NCBI GenBank assembly: GCA_963706695.1
Contig: CAVPNC010000006.1
Span: 134,361 to 198,360 of the forward strand
Source: an uncultured Chloroflexia bacterium
Lineage (GTDB): Bacteria; Chloroflexota; Limnocylindria; Limnocylindrales; CSP1-4
DNA length: 64,000 nucleotides
Reading direction: 5' to 3'
Numbering within the stretch: position 1 is the stretch's first letter; each line of letters begins with the position of its first letter. The notes beneath the pieces were generated by a model that ran no database searches, was not told the origin of the DNA, and saw only the letters and a program-made list of their open reading frames with translations. Below, one piece after another: positions 40,471-50,933 of the stretch. A program made the position numbers and the translations under genes.

Positions 40471-41652
<1,182 letters not shown>

Positions 41653-41667
41653 CGTGCGCCCGGGCGC

Positions 41668-42756
41668 TCAGGCGTCGGCGAGCGCCTCCCGCGCCACCGC
41701 CAGGTAGCGATCGACGGTCCTGGGCATGCTCAGCTCCCGAGCCAGGCGCTGTACGCCCTCGTCGGGATCTGGCAGGGGCCGGGACAGGAGCTCGTTGATG
41801 GCCGAGCCGAGGGGCCACGGCTCACCCGCCGGACCGAAGAAGTGAAGAGCGCCGGGGACGCGCCGTGCGTACTCGCGCGTGCCCGGCAGGTCCGACACGA
41901 GCATGGGCTTGCCCGATGAGATCCAGGATGACATCGAGCCCGAGGCCGAGAGGTCGGTGAAGGGCAGGATGGCCAGGTGCGTGGCGGCCATCCACGTGCC
42001 CATCTCCTCTTCGCTCAGGTAGCCCGTGATGCGGAAGCGGTCGCCGAGCCCCAGCTCCTCGGCTTTCGAGAGGGCGAGGTCGTGGACGAAGGTGCGGCCC
42101 TCGATGGGTCCCCCGGCATAGACCATGATGGCGTCGTCGGGCATGAAGGGCACGGCCTCGACCGCATAGCGGTGGCCCTTGCGACCGTAGACGAAGCCGA
42201 GCAGCGTGACCACGCGGCGGTCGCCCAGGCCCAGCTTGGCGCGCGCTGCCGTCGGGCTCAGGGGTAGCTGGCGTGACTCCACGAAGTGCGGGATCACGCG
42301 CATCTTGTCGATGGGGATGATGCCGCGCAGGCGCTCCACCTCGATCTGGGAGTGGACCACGACGCGATCCGCCGTGCGGCCGAGCTGGCGCAGCCCCCAC
42401 ACGTCCGGGTGGGCGTATCGAGCGCGGAAGCCCTGGCGTTCGAAGACGTCGTGCATGGTCACCACCAACGCGCCCCGGTAACCACGACGGAAGCGCATCA
42501 GCCGCGGCAGCGCGCGGCCGTGCTTGCCCCAGCCGCGCTTGTTCCACTGCATCAGCACCACGTCGCAGGCGGAGAGCTCGTCGGCGACCTGCGCCAGCTG
42601 TTGGGAGGACTCGTCGACGCGCCCGGCTTCGACCTCGGTCACGGTCAGGCCGTCGCGGGTGCGAGCCTCATCGGCGATGAGCTGGCCATAGCGACGCACG
42701 CCGCTCTCGGCGCGTCCGAGGTGCAGGAACCCCAGGTTGCGGAGCTCGGCGGCCAT
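41668..42756 (-). CDS. glycosyltransferase family 4 (GT-B, GT1/GT4-type)
   Basis: 362 aa. It has an N-terminal GT4 domain and a C-terminal Glycos_transf_1 domain (EGRTFVHDL...GLGDRFRITGYLSEEE). It is paralogous to 45017..46093. Confidence 0.7.
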   Translation of the reverse strand: MAAELRNLGFLHLGRAESGVRRYGQLIADEARTRDGLTVTEVEAGRVDESSQQLAQVADELSACDVVLMQWNKRGWGKHGRALPRLMRFRRGYRGALVVTMHDVFERQGFRARYAHPDVWGLRQLGRTADRVVVHSQIEVERLRGIIPIDKMRVIPHFVESRQLPLSPTAARAKLGLGDRRVVTLLGFVYGRKGHRYAVEAVPFMPDDAIMVYAGGPIEGRTFVHDLALSKAEELGLGDRFRITGYLSEEEMGTWMAATHLAILPFTDLSASGSMSSWISSGKPMLVSDLPGTREYARRVPGALHFFGPAGEPWPLGSAINELLSRPLPDPDEGVQRLARELSMPRTVDRYLAVAREALADA

Positions 42757-42776
42757 CGTTCAGCGCTGCCGGAACG

Positions 42777-43850
42777 TCAGTCGTCGTCGTAGCCGAGCTG
42801 CCGCAGGAGGTCACCCGCTTCGGCATCGATCTCGGCCAGCTCGGACGGGTAGAAGGTGCTGCGCCAGGTGCCCACCGATAAATCGTCGGCGCGCATGGTG
42901 GCGGAGGTAAAGGCGTCGCGCGACTTCTGACCCTTGATGTCGAGGAAGTCGAGGATCCTCTCCGCCTGGTCGACCGGCTCCCGCACGAGGTCCTCGTACC
43001 GCAGCTCGTGATATCGCTCGGGCCCGAGGGCGGGTCCATCCTTGAGGCCGGCTTCGGTGTAGCGCCGCCAGGCCCAGGCCATGCGGCGGGCATCGCTCGT
43101 CCGCAGGAACTCCTCGCGCCGATCGGGCTCCACCCAGAAGCTGGGCCAGGGGCCGTGCAGGTAGCCGCCCGGCTCGCGCTCACCGGACCAGGCGTCCTCG
43201 GCCCGTAGCCAGGGCTTGTGCATGTGCGAGCTGGAGGCGTCACGTCCGTCGCGGATGATGTGGATGAACTGCGAGTCGGGGAAGGCCTGGGCCAGGAACG
43301 GGATGAGGAAGATGTTGGTGGGCGTCTTCTCCGCGAAACGCAGGTCGCCATCGCGCTCCACGCGGACCAGCCAGCGATACACGAGACGATAGAACTCGCG
43401 CGAGCGCCGGTAGCCCCAGAGGCCCTGGTACACGTAGCGACCGGCGGCCTTGGTGGCCGGTGGCTCGTGGTGGTAGGTCACCTCCGGCAGCCGCCCGATG
43501 CAGTCGCCCAGGAAGGTCGTACCGCTCCGTGCGGCGCCGATGATGAAGATCGAGCGCTTGAGCGAGGGGAAGACGGAGCGCGAGAGGCGCTTGCTGGTCA
43601 TCTTGCGATGGCGGTCGAGCTTGAGGTAGTAGCGGCGCTCGGCGCGGTACGTCTTGCGTGCGATGCGCCACATGTCGGCGAGCCCGATGGGCAGGGGCTC
43701 CGGGTTGGCATCCGGCGGGACGCTGGGGTTCAGCCCGCGTGGCGGTCGGTCGTCGACCGCTACGCCAGTCGATGTCTCGACGGGCTCGCTCACGAGGGCC
43801 TCGTCGCTGGGTTCTACGGTCGTCGGATCCTCTGTCACGCTGTCGGTCAC
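42777..43850 (-). CDS. sulfotransferase family protein (PAPS-dependent)
   Basis: 357 aa. It carries the 5'-PSB P-loop-like motif IIGAARSGTTFL and the 3'-PB motif IIRDGRDASSS. Confidence 0.7.
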   Translation of the reverse strand: MTDSVTEDPTTVEPSDEALVSEPVETSTGVAVDDRPPRGLNPSVPPDANPEPLPIGLADMWRIARKTYRAERRYYLKLDRHRKMTSKRLSRSVFPSLKRSIFIIGAARSGTTFLGDCIGRLPEVTYHHEPPATKAAGRYVYQGLWGYRRSREFYRLVYRWLVRVERDGDLRFAEKTPTNIFLIPFLAQAFPDSQFIHIIRDGRDASSSHMHKPWLRAEDAWSGEREPGGYLHGPWPSFWVEPDRREEFLRTSDARRMAWAWRRYTEAGLKDGPALGPERYHELRYEDLVREPVDQAERILDFLDIKGQKSRDAFTSATMRADDLSVGTWRSTFYPSELAEIDAEAGDLLRQLGYDDD

Positions 43851-43922
43851 GCTCGTCGTCTTCCTGCCTCTCGTCGCGGGGGTCTCGGCGGATGATAGCC
43901 CGGCTCATGCACAATCGTCGGT

Positions 43923-45020
43923 ATGTACGCCGTCATCATGGCCGGCGGGGGTGGCACGCGGCTCTGGCCGCTCAGCCGTTCCCGTCGCCCCAAGCCGTTC
44001 CTGCCGCTCCTCGAGGGCGAGCGCACCCTGCTCGAGGCTGGCGTCAGCCGGCTCGGGCCGCTCATCGCGCCCGAGGACGTCTTCATCGTCACCGACACAC
44101 GCTATGCACCGCTGGTGCGGGAGGTGGCACCGGAGGTGCCTCCGGCCAACATCATCGGTGAACCCTTTGGCCGCAACACCGCGGCCGCGGTAGCCCTCAT
44201 GGCCCACGCCATCGACCGGCCCCACGACGAAGTCATGGTCGTGCTGCCTGCGGACCAGGCCGTGCGTGATGAGGCAGGGTTCCGCGCCGCGCTCGGTGCC
44301 GCCGTCGAGCGCGCCGCGGGCGGTGATCTGGTGACCCTGGGCGTGGAGCCGACCGAGCCCTCGACGGGCTACGGCTACGTCATCGCCACGGGCGCCGCTG
44401 ACGAGTACGGCGGGCGCGAGACCTATCGCGTGGAGCGCTTCGAGGAGAAGCCCACGCCTGCTCGAGCAGAAGAGCTCATCGCCTCCGGTCAGGCGTACTG
44501 GAACGCCGGCATCTTCGTCTGGCAACGGGCGGCGGCGCTGGCAGGGCTGGACAAGTACTCACGCGACATCAGTGAGCCCATCCGGGCGTGGGCGGCCGGG
44601 TCGACGCCGAGTGGCGAAGCCGGCTGGCCCGGTGCTGACTGTGCCGACACCTACCGGGACCTGCGCGACACATCCATCGACTACGCCCTGCTGGAGCCAG
44701 CGTCGCTCGAAGGCAACGTGGCGGTCGTGCCCATCGCCGTCGGCTGGAGCGATCTGGGCTCGTGGTCCGCGCTCCGCGACCAGCGCGCCGCGGAAGGCGC
44801 GCCGGCCATCAGCACCGAGGGCCAGGCACGCGTCATCGACGTCGATGGCGTGGACGTGCTGGTGCACGCCGCCGGCGGACGCACGGTGGCGACGGTGGGC
44901 CTGGAGGGTGTCATCGTGGTCGACACGCCGGACGCGGTCCTGGTCATCTCGGCCGACGCGGCGCAGGACGTGAAGAAGGTCGTCACCCAGCTCAAGGCCG
45001 AGGAGAGCGAGCTGCTCTAG
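43923..45020 (+). CDS. manC: mannose-1-phosphate guanylyltransferase
   Basis: 365 aa with the nucleotidyltransferase motifs AVIMAGGGGTRLWPLS and FGRNTAAAVAL. Confidence 0.8.
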   Translation: MYAVIMAGGGGTRLWPLSRSRRPKPFLPLLEGERTLLEAGVSRLGPLIAPEDVFIVTDTRYAPLVREVAPEVPPANIIGEPFGRNTAAAVALMAHAIDRPHDEVMVVLPADQAVRDEAGFRAALGAAVERAAGGDLVTLGVEPTEPSTGYGYVIATGAADEYGGRETYRVERFEEKPTPARAEELIASGQAYWNAGIFVWQRAAALAGLDKYSRDISEPIRAWAAGSTPSGEAGWPGADCADTYRDLRDTSIDYALLEPASLEGNVAVVPIAVGWSDLGSWSALRDQRAAEGAPAISTEGQARVIDVDGVDVLVHAAGGRTVATVGLEGVIVVDTPDAVLVISADAAQDVKKVVTQLKAEESELL

Positions 45021-46093
45021 CGCTCCGCGGCAGCGCGGTACAGGCCCACGTAGCGATCCACCACGCGCGCCGTCGAGAGGCGGCGCGCAAGTGCCACCAC
45101 GTGCGGGTCGGGCTCATCGGTCGCGACCGCCAGCGCCGCCTCGATGGCCGCTGCCAGGGTTGCGGCCTGGTAGGGCGTGAAGGTGTGGAGCGCGCCCGGC
45201 TCCATGGCGCCGAGCTCTCGGAACTGGGGCAGGTCGGAGGTGACGATCGGCCGGCCGGCGGAGATGAGCGTGGCCAGGGCGCCTGAGGCGGACATCGAGC
45301 GATACGGGCTCAGGGACACGTCGGTCGCGGCGAGCACCTGCTCGAGCTCCGACTCCGGGATGAAGCCCATGAAGCGGACGCGATCCTCGACCCCGTTCTT
45401 GGCGGCGTATTCCTTGAACTGGTCGACCATGTACTCGCGTCCGCTGAGCGGGGCGCCCACGAACAGGGCGTAGACATCCTCGGGCAGCTCACGCAATGCC
45501 TCGATCACGAGGCGGTGCCCGCGACGCTTGATGACATGGCCCAGCAGGGTGATGACGCGCCTGTCCGTGAGACCGAGCTGCCGCCGCGACTCGGCGCGGT
45601 CGGGCAGCTCGGCGCGGGTCTCGACGAAGTGGGGCACGACCTCGACCTTGCCCACGGGTACCCGGCCCGCGAGTCGCGCCCGCTCTTCCTCGGAGTGGAC
45701 CACGACGGAGGACGCGGCCCTGCCGAGGCGGCGCAAGCCCAGCGCTTCAGGGCTGATCGTCCGCTGCCAGCGGTTCTCCGGTGCGTAGACATCGTGGAGC
45801 GTGAAGACCGTCGGTCGGCCCATCGAGCGCAGGGCGACCTCGAGCCTGGGCAGGCCCCCGAGGCGCGGGTTCCAGTCGGCCACCTTCCACTGCACGTGCA
45901 CCACGTCGACGTCGTGGAGGCGTCGAGCAGCGCGTCGCAGATCGGAGAAGGGGGCGCCGCGGTCACCGATGTCGCTCTCCACGACCTCGAGATCGGGGCG
46001 CCGCGCGGCCTCGGCCGCGAGGATGGCACCGTAGCGACGCAGCCCGCTGCGTTCTCGGCCGACGTGCAGGAAGCCCACCCGCAGCCTGGTCAT
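45017..46093 (-). CDS. glycosyltransferase family 4 (paralog of 41668..42756)
   Basis: 358 aa with the same architecture and high similarity to the first GT4 (…HDV…HSE…RL.G..P..K..V.PHFVE.R..LP…). Confidence 0.7.
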   Translation of the reverse strand: MTRLRVGFLHVGRERSGLRRYGAILAAEAARRPDLEVVESDIGDRGAPFSDLRRAARRLHDVDVVHVQWKVADWNPRLGGLPRLEVALRSMGRPTVFTLHDVYAPENRWQRTISPEALGLRRLGRAASSVVVHSEEERARLAGRVPVGKVEVVPHFVETRAELPDRAESRRQLGLTDRRVITLLGHVIKRRGHRLVIEALRELPEDVYALFVGAPLSGREYMVDQFKEYAAKNGVEDRVRFMGFIPESELEQVLAATDVSLSPYRSMSASGALATLISAGRPIVTSDLPQFRELGAMEPGALHTFTPYQAATLAAAIEAALAVATDEPDPHVVALARRLSTARVVDRYVGLYRAAAER

Positions 46094-46914
46094 GTCCGGT
46101 ACCCCAGCTCACGCAGGAGCGGGCCGTGGCGGCGTCGCAGGATCGTGCGCAGGACGGGGTCGAGCGAGGCCGCCCCGGCACCCACGCGCGAGCGGTAGAT
46201 GGTGCTGTCCTCGCCGCCGGCCGCGCGGCGCTGGGCCGTGAACCACTGGTAGCGCTCGGTGGCGCGGTGCTGGCTGGGGTCGAACTCGATCACGGCCGGG
46301 TCCCACACCTCACCGAGGAAGCCGAAGATGCGCCGGCCTTCCCGTTCGGGTTCTACCACCAACGCCTCGTAGCGCACCTCCAGGAAGCGCTCCTGGGGCA
46401 GGCGCGTGCCAAGCTCGCGGGCCGCTGAGACGTAGCGCGCCCACTCGGTGCGGGCGGCGCGGGCGGCCGACTTGTAGCCCCAGCGATCCCGGAAGCTGGC
46501 CACCACGTCGTAGCCGTTGCGCAGCAGGTGGATGTAGCGGGCGCTCGGGAAGAGCTCGTCGATGAAGCGCAGGTGCAGGGTATAGGTCGGATCCTTCTCC
46601 GCCCATCGAGCCTTGCCGGAGCGCGCGAGCACCTCCGCCTGGAAGGCCTCGTAGAGCTCGCGGATGTGCTCGATCCACCACTCGCGGGGCAGGCCATACG
46701 TGGCCACCAGCGCCCAGTTGCGCCCGACCACGGCTTCGAGGTCACGCAGGAAGTGGGTCTCCTCGCCGCACGAGATGCGGGGGTGCGAGTCGAGCATGAG
46801 GCGCAGGAGCGTGGTCCCCGAACGCGGTGAGCCGATGACGAAGATCGGCGCCGCGGCCAGGGCCGCGTCGGCAGCCCCCGCCATGGTGCTCGCCTGCTCG
46901 ATGTCGCCCGCCAC
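46090..46914 (-). CDS. sulfotransferase family protein (Stf0-like, PAPS-dependent)
   Basis: 274 aa with the 5'-PSB motif VIGSPRSGTTLL and the 3'-PB motif HLLRNGYDVVAS. The start may be the internal Met at 46884. Confidence 0.65.
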   Translation of the reverse strand: MAGDIEQASTMAGAADAALAAAPIFVIGSPRSGTTLLRLMLDSHPRISCGEETHFLRDLEAVVGRNWALVATYGLPREWWIEHIRELYEAFQAEVLARSGKARWAEKDPTYTLHLRFIDELFPSARYIHLLRNGYDVVASFRDRWGYKSAARAARTEWARYVSAARELGTRLPQERFLEVRYEALVVEPEREGRRIFGFLGEVWDPAVIEFDPSQHRATERYQWFTAQRRAAGGEDSTIYRSRVGAGAASLDPVLRTILRRRHGPLLRELGYRT

Positions 46915-47037
46915 GTGCTCCCTTCCCCTGTTCCTGATCCGTGCGCAAGTCTAGCCGCGGCTCGCGGTACCATTCGGCTGCGTGCAGCTCCGCGTGCCGG
47001 GGCATCCAAAGGTGAGGCAAGAGGAGGGCTACTGCCC

Positions 47038-48510
47038 GTGTCCGAAACACCGTCTGCGGCGCCGCCCATCGTCTTCGGGACCGATGGGTGGCGGGCGAGG
47101 ATCGGCGAGGATTACACCTACGACAACGTTCGGCGTTGTGCCCAGGGCGTGGCCGAATGGGTCATCGAGCAGGGGACCGTCGCCGATGGTGTCGTCGTCG
47201 GCTACGACCGGCGCTTCAGCAGCGAGTACTTCGCCGCGGCCGCGGCCGAGGTGCTTCTGGCCTACGACATCCGCGTGATGTTCGCGACCGAAGCCATCCC
47301 CACGCAGGTGACCTCCTATGAGGTCGTGGAGCGAGGAGCCGCCTGCGCCATCGTCATCACGGCCTCGCACAACCCGTGGACGGACAACGGTTTCAAGATC
47401 AAGTCACCCACCGGGGCGGCCGCCGACCCGCCCATCCTGCAGGCGGTCGAAGCCTCGATCGTGGCCAACGCCGCGAGCGCACCCCCGCGCCGCGCCTTCG
47501 ACGAGGCGGAGGCCGCGGGCATGGTCGAGTACCTCGACCCCTTCGCCGGCTACGAGCGGTTCGTGCGGCGCACGCTCGACCTCGACCGGCTCAAGGCTGC
47601 CGAGATGCGTGTCCTCGTCGACCCGCTGTACGGCTCGGGCTCCGGCTGGATCAGCCGTCTGCTGGCTGGCGGCACCATCGTGGTCGACGAGATCCACAGC
47701 GAGCGCAACCCCTGGTTCGGCGGGGTCAACCCCGAGCCGATCCGGCCGCACGTGGACGAGGCCCTCCGCCGCGTGCGCGAGGGTGGCTACGATTTGGGCC
47801 TGTTGCTCGACGGCGACGCCGACCGGGCCGGCGCGGTCGACGAGCAGGGTGTCTTCATCCATCAGCTCCAGTGCTACGGCCTGCTCGCGTACTACATGCT
47901 CGAGCACCTCGGTGAACGCGCACCCCTCGTCACCACCGTGAACGAGACCTCCATGGCCTTCCGCCTGGGCCAGGCGTACGGCGTGGACGTGCACGAGACG
48001 CCGGTCGGGTTCAAGTTCGTCGGCCCCAAGATGATCGAGACCGGGGCCATGATGGGCGGGGAGGAGTCCGGCGGGTACGGCTTCAGCATGCACCTGCCCG
48101 AACGCGATGGCATCTACGCGGACCTGCTCCTGCTCGATCTCTTCATCAGGGAGCGTGAGGCCGGGCGCAGCACCGTGTCCGAGGCCGTGGCCCACCTGCA
48201 CGAGGTCGCTGGCCCCTCGTTCTACTTGCGCACCGACGTCCATACCGACCGTGCTTCCTACCCGGCGCTCAAGGCACGCCTGCTGGTCGAGCTCGGTGAG
48301 CACACGCCAGGGGCCTTGGGCGGCCGACCGGTCGATCGGGTGGTCCCGCTCGACACCGGCGACGGCTTCAAGTTCTGGGTAGACGACGGATCATGGCTGC
48401 TCGTGCGCTTCAGCGGCACCGAGCCGCTGGTGCGCGTCTACGCGGAGGCCAGCAGCGCGGAGCTGCGCGATGCCCTCCTCGCTGAGGGCGACACGATGGT
48501 CAACGGCTAG
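47038..48510 (+). CDS. manB: phosphomannomutase/phosphoglucomutase
   Basis: 490 aa from GTG 47038, preceded by a GAGGAGGG RBS. It has the active-site Ser loop TASHNP and a Mg loop (LLLDGDADR). Confidence 0.8.
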   Translation: MSETPSAAPPIVFGTDGWRARIGEDYTYDNVRRCAQGVAEWVIEQGTVADGVVVGYDRRFSSEYFAAAAAEVLLAYDIRVMFATEAIPTQVTSYEVVERGAACAIVITASHNPWTDNGFKIKSPTGAAADPPILQAVEASIVANAASAPPRRAFDEAEAAGMVEYLDPFAGYERFVRRTLDLDRLKAAEMRVLVDPLYGSGSGWISRLLAGGTIVVDEIHSERNPWFGGVNPEPIRPHVDEALRRVREGGYDLGLLLDGDADRAGAVDEQGVFIHQLQCYGLLAYYMLEHLGERAPLVTTVNETSMAFRLGQAYGVDVHETPVGFKFVGPKMIETGAMMGGEESGGYGFSMHLPERDGIYADLLLLDLFIREREAGRSTVSEAVAHLHEVAGPSFYLRTDVHTDRASYPALKARLLVELGEHTPGALGGRPVDRVVPLDTGDGFKFWVDDGSWLLVRFSGTEPLVRVYAEASSAELRDALLAEGDTMVNG

Positions 48511-48524
48511 GAAGGGAACCCCTC

Positions 48525-49617
48525 ATGACCCCGCAAGCTGGCGCCAGCATCCTCGATGACACAGCGGCCATGGGCCGGGCCGACACCGGTGGCATGCTCG
48601 GCCATCTCGAAGGCTTCGCCGACCAGGTGGCCGGTGGCTGGCGCATCGCCCGCGGGCTGGAGCTGCCGTGGGAGCCGCCCCGCTCGGTGGCCTTGCTGGG
48701 CATGGGCGGCTCGGCCATCGGCGGAGACATCGTCAAGGCCGTCTGGGCCGATCGCATCAGCGTGCCCACCGCGGTGCTGCGCGACTACGAGCTGCCCGCC
48801 TGGGTCGGTCCCCAGACGCTCGTCATCGCCAGCTCCAAGTCAGGCGACACGGAGGAGACGTTGCGCCAGCTGGAGAGCGCGCTCCAGCGGCGCTGTCCGG
48901 TCATCGCCGTCAGCAGCGGCGGGGCGCTGCGGCGTGTGGCCGAGGCGGCCAAGCTCCCGCTCGTGACCTTCCCGGCCCAAGGCTCACCGCGATCTTCGCT
49001 GGGCTGGTCGCTGGGCATCGTGGCCGGGATCCTGGAGCGCGCCGGCGTGCTTCAGCTCGAGGATGCCGAGGTGGAGCGCGCGGTGCAGCTCCGCGAGGCA
49101 GATGGCAGCCCGTTGCGCACCCGACGTGGCCACCGCCGACAACCCCGCCAAGCAGCTGGCCTGGTCGCTGGTCGATCGCTTCGTGGTCATCAGCGGCGCC
49201 GGCTTCCTGGCGCCGGTGGCCCGACGCTGGAAGACCCAGCTCAACGAGAACAGCAAGGCGGCAGCGGTCTTCGAAGCGCTGCCCGAGGCGACCCACAACA
49301 CGGTCGTTGGCTTCGAGCAGCCCGATTCCCTGCGCGACCACCTGGCCGTGGTCTCCTTGCGCAGCGACCTGGACCATCCGCGCAACACCCTGCGGGCGCA
49401 GCTCATGGGTGACGTCATGGATACCGGGCTGGTGTGGCATACCTCGGTCGAGACATCCGGAGCGGGTCGGCTGGGCCACGCCTTGAGCGGCATCGTCATG
49501 GGCGACTACGTCAGCGTCTACATGGCCTTCATGTACGCCGTGGACCCGACCCCCATCGTGGTCATCGACCACATCAAGGAGCAGCTCGCGCTCGCCGATC
49601 AGGCCGGTGGCGAGTAG
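48525..49617 (+). pseudogene. bifunctional phosphoglucose/phosphomannose isomerase (SIS-domain PGI/PMI) gene with an apparent single-base frameshift near 49063-49130
   Basis: The N-terminal SIS domain (GMGGSAIGGDIV...SKSGDTEET) is in the frame of ORF 48525..49412. The C-terminal conserved part (NPAKQLAWSL...RRWKTQLNENSKAAA...ATHNTVVG) is in the frame of ORF 49063..49617. Total 1093 nt = 3n+1. Confidence 0.6.
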
Positions 49618-49762
49618 ACCTTCGGCCCCTGTCGCCTCTTGGTGAAGTCGCTAGTCTAGGCAGCAGGGATCGACGTCCGGTCGAGCGGGCCCTCCTCAGG
49701 CCCGACACGGCGTCGTACAGGGCTCGTCGGAGCGGACGGCGACGGGCAGGAGGTTGGGATCG

Positions 49763-50050
49763 ATGCACTCGAGCGTCATCGGCAAGATCGAGAAGGCCCA
49801 CCGCTACGCACGCGAGCGGGACCGCATCACCGTAGAGCGCCTCGCCGTCACCTTCGCCGGTGACAATGACTCGCACCACCTGATCCTCGAGGCCGATGGC
49901 TGGCAGTGCAATTGCCACTACTTCGAGTCCTGGAAGACCTGCGCCCACATCGCTGCGATGCAGGAGATCCTGGGCGTGATGCTGCCCGAGGAGCGGCAGA
50001 CGTCGCTCTTCCCGGGATCCGAGGAGGTTGCCGAAGCCGCCGGCAGCTGA
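49763..50050 (+). CDS. SWIM zinc-finger domain miniprotein
   Basis: 95 aa from ATG 49763 with a GCAGGAGG RBS. It has a SWIM CxCx9CxH motif (CNCHYFESWKTCAH). GC is slightly below the local average. Confidence 0.55.
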   Translation: MHSSVIGKIEKAHRYARERDRITVERLAVTFAGDNDSHHLILEADGWQCNCHYFESWKTCAHIAAMQEILGVMLPEERQTSLFPGSEEVAEAAGS

Positions 50051-50084
50051 GCGGCCCCGGCGACCCCGACAGGCGCCGCGCGGC

Positions 50085-50933
50085 CTATTCCGAGATGATG
50101 CGGAACAGGTACCACTGCCAACCGCGATCGCGGTCGTAGTCCGCTCGCACCTCCAGCAGCCACTCACCCGGTCGGTCCGGCTCCAGGCCGGTGAGGGTGG
50201 GCCCGGCCACTGGTCCATCCAGGATGGCCTGCGCCACGCGCGCCTCCGCGCTTGTGCCCGGCTGCGGCTCGAGGCGTCCCTCCCAGTGCACGATGGCGGA
50301 GCCGTCGTCCAGCTCCAGGCGGAGCGGTTCACCGACCGCCAGCGTCAGTGGCTGCAGCGCGGCCAGCGGCGGCCGGTAGCCGACCTCCTGGCACACGTCC
50401 ACGAGGCAGCCGTGACCGCGCACGCCCTCCACCGTGCCGGAGGTGGCCACCAGCCGACCCTCGATGGCCGGCCGCTCCAGCATCGTCTCCCAGCTGCCCG
50501 GCCGGTCAGGCACTTCGAGCAGCCAGGCATGCCGGCTGGGCTCGAACCCGTCTCGCGCGAGCGTAGCGATGACCGTGTAACGACCGGCCTCGTCCGGTGC
50601 GGTCAGCCAACGGCCAGCCACGAGGGGCAGGGCCGTGGCCGTGCCGTCCTCCGCCGCGATGGCTTCCAGCGTCCACTCGGCGGAAGCCGCGAGGGGCGGA
50701 TCGGTCAGCAGCTCGAGGGTCGCTCGTCGCATCCACGTGTCGAGTGGCCGGTCGTCAGGTGGGGCGGTCGCTGGGCTTGACGGATCGGCGCCGGCCACCG
50801 TTCCGAACGGTCCCCGGAGGGCGACCGTCAGGTCGGCCGACTCGGCCTGCGTCGCGTCCGCAGCCGTCGCGAGCGCGGGGACGGCAAGCAACAGGCTCAG
50901 GGTCAGGGCCAGCGCTCCCGGTCGTCGCGTCAT
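50085..50933 (-). CDS. secreted hypothetical protein
   Basis: 282 aa with a signal peptide (MTRRPGALALTLSLLLAVPALATA). Confidence 0.5.
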   Translation of the reverse strand: MTRRPGALALTLSLLLAVPALATAADATQAESADLTVALRGPFGTVAGADPSSPATAPPDDRPLDTWMRRATLELLTDPPLAASAEWTLEAIAAEDGTATALPLVAGRWLTAPDEAGRYTVIATLARDGFEPSRHAWLLEVPDRPGSWETMLERPAIEGRLVATSGTVEGVRGHGCLVDVCQEVGYRPPLAALQPLTLAVGEPLRLELDDGSAIVHWEGRLEPQPGTSAEARVAQAILDGPVAGPTLTGLEPDRPGEWLLEVRADYDRDRGWQWYLFRIISE

